Assembly (NCBI GenBank): GCA_036502695.1
Contig: DASXYE010000090.1
Location: 353-64,352 of the forward strand
Direction of reading: 5' to 3'
Length of the DNA: 64,000 nt
DNA from: Jatrophihabitantaceae bacterium
GTDB taxonomy: Bacteria > Actinomycetota > Actinomycetes > Mycobacteriales > Jatrophihabitantaceae
Shown here: positions 63,395 through 64,000 of the stretch, one piece after another
How the letters are laid out: the number at the start of each line of letters is the position of its first letter
Numbering within the stretch: position 1 is the first letter of the stretch
The notes under the pieces: generated by a model
Told to the model about the DNA's origin: nothing
Databases searched by the model: none
The model's input: only the letters and a program-made list of their open reading frames with translations
Program-made: the position numbers and the translations under genes

Positions 63395-64000
63395 TGCCGA
63401 ACGCTCCCCTGGTCGACCGTCTCGACGGTCTGCTCTTCTTTCCCGTGACCGCCTTCTCCTCGTCCGGCGAGCTGGAGCTGGACCCGTTCCGTGAGCACGT
63501 CCGCCGGGGTATCGAGGCCGGCGCCGCCGGGGTGTTCGCCGCGTGCGGCACCGGCGAGTTCTCCGCCCTCGACCTGGACGAGTACGCCGCCTGCGTGGCC
63601 GCCGCCGTCGAGGTCGCCGACGGGCGGGTGCCGATCATCGCCGGCACCGGGTACGGGGGTGCGCTCGCGTCGCGGTTCCTCGAGCGGGCGGCCGACGCCG
63701 GCGCGGACGGCGCCCTGGTGCTGCCGCCGTACCTCGTCGACGGTGGGCCGGACGGGCTGCGGGCGCACTACGAGCAGCTGGCCGACGCCTCGCCGCTCGA
63801 CCTCATCCTCTACCAGCGCGGCTCGGCGATCTTCGAACCGTCGACGGTGGCCGCGCTGGCCGAGCATCCGCGCATCGTCGGCTTCAAGGACGGCCACGGC
63901 GACGTCGACCTGATGCAGCGCATCGTCGCGACCGTGCCGTCGATGTTCTACCTGAACGGGCTGCCCACCGCCGAGGTCAGCCAGCCCGCGTATCGCGCGG
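63395..64000 (+). CDS. kdgD: 5-dehydro-4-deoxyglucarate dehydratase (DapA/NAL superfamily), first 202 codons (continues beyond the window)
   Basis: My own translation from GTG 63395: VPNAPLVDRLDGLLFFPVTAFSSSGELELDPFREHVRRGIEAGAAGVFAACGTGEFSALDLDEY...IVGFKDGHGDVDLMQRIV. GTGEF and GFKDG.GD are characteristic of KdgD. It is absent from the ORF track because no stop lies in the window. Confidence 0.8.

Overview
High-GC (about 70%+) actinobacterial chromosome segment. The left 25 kb is a conserved minus-strand housekeeping block with the gene order known from Mycobacterium tuberculosis Rv1292-Rv1311: argS-lysA-hom-thrC-thrB-rho-rpmE-prfA-prmC-tsaC-wecA-atpIBEF. Between rpmE and rho it is interrupted by two paralogous LpqY/Sug-type sugar ABC importer operons that share one ATPase gene. 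A tRNA-Arg(CCG) at 27.0 kb marks the transition to a 37 kb accessory region. That region holds many small regulator-plus-enzyme modules (LysR, ArsR, two MarR, ECF41 sigma factor with its partner genes, tandem Lrp, MmyB-like, TetR, IclR), two large secreted glycosidases with discoidin domains (a beta-helix GH87-like enzyme and a GH20 hexosaminidase), a csoR/copZ/copA copper locus, an L,D-transpeptidase, and the start of an oxidative uronate catabolism cluster (udh, kdgD, ABC importer). I found no canonical mobile element, CRISPR array or defence system. The signals not explained by ordinary annotation are non-coding: (1) a structured 120-170 bp intergenic repeat family with three same-orientation copies, each directly 3' of a minus-strand gene; (2) two copies of an AT-rich 54-56 bp near-perfect palindrome bracketing a 9.6 kb block; (3) a 17-bp perfect long-range pairing that would sequester the thrB ribosome-binding site and overlaps the thrC stop codon; (4) a repeat-dense 560 bp spacer after csoR; (5) two truncated gene remnants marking rearrangement junctions. 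Many adjacent genes overlap by 1-8 nt (ATGA/GTGA and similar), which implies translational coupling. All functional calls come from reading the translated ORFs. No database search was run.
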